Assembly: GCF_902459465.1 (NCBI RefSeq)
Contig: NC_047062.1
Coordinates: 26,412,001 to 26,476,000, forward strand
DNA length: 64,000 nucleotides
Reading direction: 5' to 3'
DNA from: Asterias rubens
Taxonomy: Eukaryota
In this document: one piece after another, positions 1 through 64,000 of the stretch
Layout: every line of letters begins with the position of its first letter
Numbering within the stretch: the stretch's first letter is position 1
Program-made: the position numbers and the translations under genes
Notes under the pieces: model-generated
The model's database searches: none
What the model saw: the letters and a program-made list of their open reading frames with translations, nothing else
Told to the model about the DNA's origin: nothing

Positions 1-1042
1 AAAAATCTAAATTTGTAAAAAAACAACTGTTTTTGTTTTCAGGGAACTCTGTTACAACGTATAAACTGTAACAGAATCGGTCTTTTTGTGTAAAAGTACA
101 TCATTGTTATTTGGAAGAGTAAATTCATTCCCCACATATATTCAATATAAACACCATACAACCAACCTGTGAACATTTCATCAAATTCAGTACTCACATT
201 TTAGTGAAAATAACAACAATTTTTACTTTTAGTGACAGATTTAAGTGGGATTTTGTGCACATGTAGGGTTTACTTTGAAGGCCAAATGACCTGTGAGTGC
301 GTTTCACTGGAAAAAAGAAACATTTCACACAAACAAATATTATTTGAGAATCATTTTTCGCAACGTTAATTCATGGAAGAAACCATGTAAAATGTTTTAA
401 CTCATTGCTGATTCATAAAGACTTCATAATGCCATGTAGGAGAATTTGTCATCCTCAATTTGATAGGTACTGTAGGTTAAACAGTATTAAATCCAATCAA
501 AAATGCATGTAATGCGTTCAATGCAACAACCTATACATGTACTGTTATTGAAATGTTTGTAAAAAGAGTCTTGCAGCATTACCAACAACTTGCTACCATT
601 TCCAAAATATCTTGTGAAAGTTAAGTCTTTATAAAGCTGTCCCAATTAAACAAAAATTAAGCAATCAAGTATTAAGCAATAAATCCAAACAGTATACTAC
701 AACAATATAAAACAGTATTACAAATATGCCTTTACTTTGTACAATATTATATTTATAATCTTATGATACTATGATGTCAAATAGCATACTAACAGGGTTA
801 TTTATGTATAAACTATCAATGTCTACTTTAGTATTCAAAGTATTGCACAAAACAACACATGCAGTGTTTTGGATCCCTTATAATGGGATATTAAAGTAAC
901 AAACAATCCCCCCCCCATACCAACTAAAACTCATTTTCAAAAGGGGGAAAATCGTCCCGGTGATAGTATAGAGTTGAGCAAGTTTGGACAAGTTAACGTT
1001 GATAAGTGGAGTCTAGTCACACTAGGTAGATCTAGCCCCCTG

Positions 1043-1143
1043 GGGTCGATTTCACAAAGAGTTAGGACTAGTCCTAACTTAGGACTAGTCCTGGGAGATA
1101 TTAAAAACATACGGCAAGTCTTAACTCTTTGTGAAATCCACCC
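1043..1143. mobile_element. Harbinger-like MITE, family B (GGGTCGATTTCACAAAG TIR)
   Basis: TIRs gggtcgatttcacaaagag / ctctttgtgaaatccaccc, flanked by CTG on both sides; internal ACTAGT palindromes. Confidence 0.8.
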
Positions 1144-2178
1144 CTGGTTGATTTGCTGGCTTCTCTAGTTCATAATAGTAAAGACAATTTCCAAAACATA
1201 AAGTTTGAGAATTTTTAGATTTGTACAGGCCTTGATGAAACCATGTCCATTCACTATTTTGGGTGATTTGCTGTGACCCTTCCTCACTCTAACAAAATCA
1301 AGCACATTAGGTAACTCAACACCCAAACTATTGGACTCTGATTATGGTGGTATGCCTGATCCCATAAACAACATACTCAGTTCACCAATGCAGTCTTAAG
1401 TATATTAGATTCAAACAGTTAGATTTTGATGGGTTGAGAGTGGCCAGAGTTATGTATTCCTACGTCTTTTGATGCTCAGTAAGTCAAAGTCAGTCATCAA
1501 ACTTGAACAAGATATGTTTGTACTAGACCAAGCCTTATTGTCCGAACTTGCTCTCACCTACATAAATCAACAACTGTAATGTTTTCCCAACCAACATGGA
1601 CATGTCTAATTATTAATGATTTATGTCATAGAATAATTTCATTAAACTGATATGTCGTCAAATTAATTCACTTTTCATCTTTTGAATGTGTTAAGGTATT
1701 CCTGTATTTGATACCCCACCCCAAATAACAAGACAATTCAATATAAAAAAACCTCATCCACCAACCTTTAACCCTCCCTGGAGCCCATTGCATGGATGTC
1801 AATAAACCATTAAGACCAATCTACACATCTTAAGATGTTATCACTAAACTAAAAACATTTCCACAAAAAACCCACAAAACAACATCTATCCTACGCTTTC
1901 TGTCTCATCTAAACACAACCAAACATATAATGCAATGTCTCTATTTCCAACTAACTAATTTGTGAAGACACCAAAGGTAAATATATATCCTCATTTTCTT
2001 GTCTACATAAGGCAACCAGAAAACTAGTTTGAAAAAACCTTTCCCTTGTTTAACTCAGATCAATTCAATCACTTCTATTAAGCACCTCGGCTTGGCAATG
2101 ATTGTTGACAAATAAAACCTCCCAGAGAGGAAACAAGTTACAGCCAAGTATGTGATATGAATCAATGGTTCATAACTG

Positions 2179-2420
2179 GGGCCAATTTCATAGAGCTGCT
2201 TAAGCAAACATTTTTTTCTTAAGCACAAAAAATAGCTCGTTTATTTTACACACACTGGCAAAAATTTCATGCCATTTACATTGCTTGTGACTGGTATTTA
2301 GCTGTGGTTTACTTAGCATAACAATTTAGTGGAGTCTTGGCAAGTAATCTGATTTTAATAAGCAAGGATGTTTTAGCTTAAGCAAAATTTTGTACTTAAG
2401 CAGCTCTATGAAATTGGGCC
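2179..2420. mobile_element. Harbinger-like MITE, family A (GGCCCAATTTCATAGAGCTGCTTAAGCA TIR)
   Basis: About 28-bp TIRs, CTG/CTG TSD; many copies in the window. Confidence 0.85.
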
Positions 2421-2915
2421 CTGGTTTCAATTAAGCAAACAACTGCCATGGTTTGTAATAAGCAGCTACTTGTAGCCGAGTAATATGCCTGTGATTTATA
2501 TTTGTTTGACTATACCTCTTCATTCTCTACTACGACATCATTGAGCCTGGCAAACAAAGCACGGATTGACATTACCATGATTACCTGTGCCAATCTCATA
2601 GTAGCTAGGGCAATCAGTTGTGCACACATTTGCAAATCCTTTGCTCTAAAAATTTGGATGCTGGGCCAAGAGGTACAAGTTAAATGTCTTTATAAAACTG
2701 AAATTAGGACAAACAACTTTCCGGATAAAGGTTACACGATTCAATAGTGTAAACCATACTTGAACAAAAGCCAGTTCTAACTGGTATCTCAAGGAGGTAG
2801 GTCATGAACTTGAATACCCATAATCCTTTTCACTCCTGGGTCATGACTTTTGTTAAAACAGAACAGTCGTGATTTTTGTTCCGATGCTAAATGCATACAA
2901 CCAAACTGAGGGTAA

Positions 2916-3079
2916 AGCCCGGTTCATACTTCCTGCGGATGCAAAGCGAATTTTCACGTCACAGGGCTGTTTTCACAGTGAATGTTTCGCAGGAGCACAA
3001 GTCAACAGATGCAAATTAATTGCTGCAATTTTGTGACATCAAAGACTGGTATCGCATGCGCATTCGCAGGAAGTATGAA
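2916..3079. mobile_element. MITE family C (AGCCCGGTTCATACTTCCTGC TIR)
   Basis: ttcatacttcctgc / gcaggaagtatgaa inverted ends; related copies at about 6594-6735 and 39591-39778. Confidence 0.7.
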
Positions 3080-3380
3080 GTAAAAGTATTCAAGTAATTA
3101 TGTCAGTAATGTGTACACCGGAAACCTTATACAGGCGTCATGGCATGGTGGGGAGGGAGGGTGGATTTCTAGGAGTGAAGGAGCATCTTCAAAACTCAGA
3201 ACAATCTTGTTGTAATTAGAACATTCCACTCAGAAACACTGGTACTTGACAGGAGCAACCAAGGTTTCTACCAAGAACATACCTGCTCCTATAACAGGAA
3301 CAGTTGATGTTCATACGCAAGTTCCTTGTTCATCTCGAACATTCCTAAATAGGAATGTTACCTCCTTGCATAAAGACCTA

Positions 3381-3469
3381 GGGCCGATTTCACAAAGAGT
3401 TAGATATTTAAAACTTAAGGCTAGTCAAGTCTAGATAAGACTAGTCTTTACTCTTTGTAAAATCCACCC
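3381..3469. mobile_element. Family B MITE in the PLEKHH 3'UTR
   Basis: gatttcacaaagag / ctctttgtaaaatc inverted ends about 50 nt past the stop codon. Confidence 0.75.
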
Positions 3470-3520
3470 AGAGACCGTTCCGAGCTTTCCTGAGTTTGTA
3501 GATGCTTCATGAAGAGAGAT

Positions 3521-62138
<58,618 letters not shown>

Positions 62139-62651
62139 CTGTGGGAGGATAGGAGCAGTGGATGCAATGGGTGAGTCATATTATATCTGATCACACAATC
62201 AGGTCTTGGACTTTGAAGTCAGTTAACACATAGACTGCTATGGTTAATATTGTTGTGAAATTATACATAGTTCAATAGAATAATAGCTTTATCAATGTTT
62301 AGTTTTTAATCGGGTCAGGTCTGTGTAATTACTTGTTACATGTGCATGGCTACTCATTGACACATGGTTTGACAGACATTTGAGAGGCCGATCCACAGAC
62401 ACAAAACTCAGTTTCATTTTGTGTACAAAACAAATTAAGTCCAAAGCAATTTATAAATGCCTCATTGTAAAATCTGAAATACTGTTCCCATTGCAATTAT
62501 GTGTGTGAACAATGTAAGCATGAAATGTATGCTACTTTGCATTGACAAACCCTGAACTCCGCTGCCTTGTTTCAACACAATATTAAGCAAACAATTTAAG
62601 TAATTCCCCAGCTACTTGTCCTTGTACCTACTCAACCTGGCAGGAGGACAA

Positions 62652-62688
<37 letters not shown>

Positions 62689-64000
62689 CTGATTGGATCA
62701 ATAAATGACTGACTGGTAAGTTGACTGACTGATCTAATGACCCAGAACCTTCCAGAAGACCATGTCCCACATACACGTAGCCTATGACTAATTGAATAAT
62801 TGCAAAGTTGATTTCAAACTGACAGAATGATGATTTGAACAATTTGTATGACAAATCAATTATCTTCCCTGAGGGTAAATTTACCTTGATGCTATGCACA
62901 TAATGGGACTCTTAAGGAGCGAGGTTAAGTCTACACCACTCATGGCAATGGCCATTTAGCTGTGTCTGCAAAGTGGACATGACAGATGTCCACAATCAAT
63001 TCAGATAATTTCTGAAACTCAAGTCTCCAATGCCACAATAAACCTTGTGAGTCTGCGAATATTAAAGAGCTTACTCCACTTAATGAACACGCAAGGCCTA
63101 TTGCTCCAACGATATGAAATTTTTCAAATTTTCTGTCAACATTATAATACTTGATTTGTAAATATTTACAATAAATATTCACAAATTTCATGACCAAGTT
63201 AGGGCAATATGTACACGTATATTCTATTTCGCACAAGGTACTTACCAAACAAATTTGCAATGTTCTCATTTACATGTATTGTAGATGTATGTAAAACTTT
63301 TGGCTATTTATTAGCCCATTGAAATAGTTGCCAGCAAGGTGAGGTTTATTAAGCATCAGAATGTACATAGTACATAATAAAACATGAACTCCTCACATGT
63401 TGGTTTTAATACTGAAAAAATTAAAAAAGAAGTCCCACTTGGGTGAAAATTTCCCCAAGTTTTAGAAAATTAAAGGATTGAAATGAAAGTCCCTTTAATC
63501 AATGTTGTATTGAACATGTACTCTCCCTTTAACTTAATAATGGTATACGCTTATCATTAAGGAAGGAAAGGAATTTCCTCCTACATTACGGTTGATATAT
63601 AACAACAAACTGTACTTCTGTTTTCAAACAAAGACAGTTATGTAATAAAGAAAAACCTTCAAAAGAAATAAAATGTGAATGTAGGAGACAGCATGAAAAT
63701 GCATGTGCAGGGCTTGAGATGTACACAGAAGCTACCCTATGTCTTTATTTCCCCTTCAAACGTGTCCCATATCAGACACCAACATTGTTAAAAAACAACA
63801 AAAACCAAAGGAAACTGCCTTGAAAACAAAAACAAGTGTTTGATCCAGTGTTATTTCGATTTTCAATTGCACAAAAGCCACATAAAGGGGAAATAGTTGA
63901 TCTGCCAAGAATTTGGATGCCTTAGACAGTCTGATTGTCTATTTCAAACTTATACATGTAATGTACCTTTATACAGTCACAGATATGATGATGCCACTGT

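Noticed and set aside
62139-64000. Further upstream PLEKHH exon
   Set aside because: No coiled-coil-like frame with splice sites was found; the missing N-terminal exons are presumed to lie outside the window.

Overview
This is AT-rich animal genomic DNA, probably an invertebrate deuterostome such as an echinoderm (an inference, not a database match); it is not prokaryotic. Almost the whole window is one minus-strand gene, the PLEKHH1/PLEKHH2 (C. elegans max-1) pro-orthologue: coiled coil, long low-complexity linker, 2 PH domains, MyTH4 and FERM. I reconstructed 24 coding exons by hand from 62138 down to the stop at 3521. All have GT-AG boundaries and consistent phases, giving 4686 nt and about 1561 aa; the N-terminal ~60 aa lie beyond the right edge. 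The introns are packed with non-autonomous DNA transposons (Harbinger-like MITEs with CWG TSD, TTAA-flanked Kolobok-like elements, TA-flanked MITEs), tRNA-derived SINEs, a 2.8-kb 45/51-bp minisatellite and a (CACTAT)66 microsatellite. The most unusual signals are four. First, a P/Galileo-like element family with CATGGAGG termini and 7-bp TSD, seen as one 681-bp copy plus 10-, 18- and 20-bp remnants between intact TSDs (excision footprints or micro-elements). Second, a >10-fold excess of TACATGTA. Third, a 180-nt AG-free zone with a possible dead in-frame splice acceptor. Fourth, a CxxC...CxxC pair in the giant exon.
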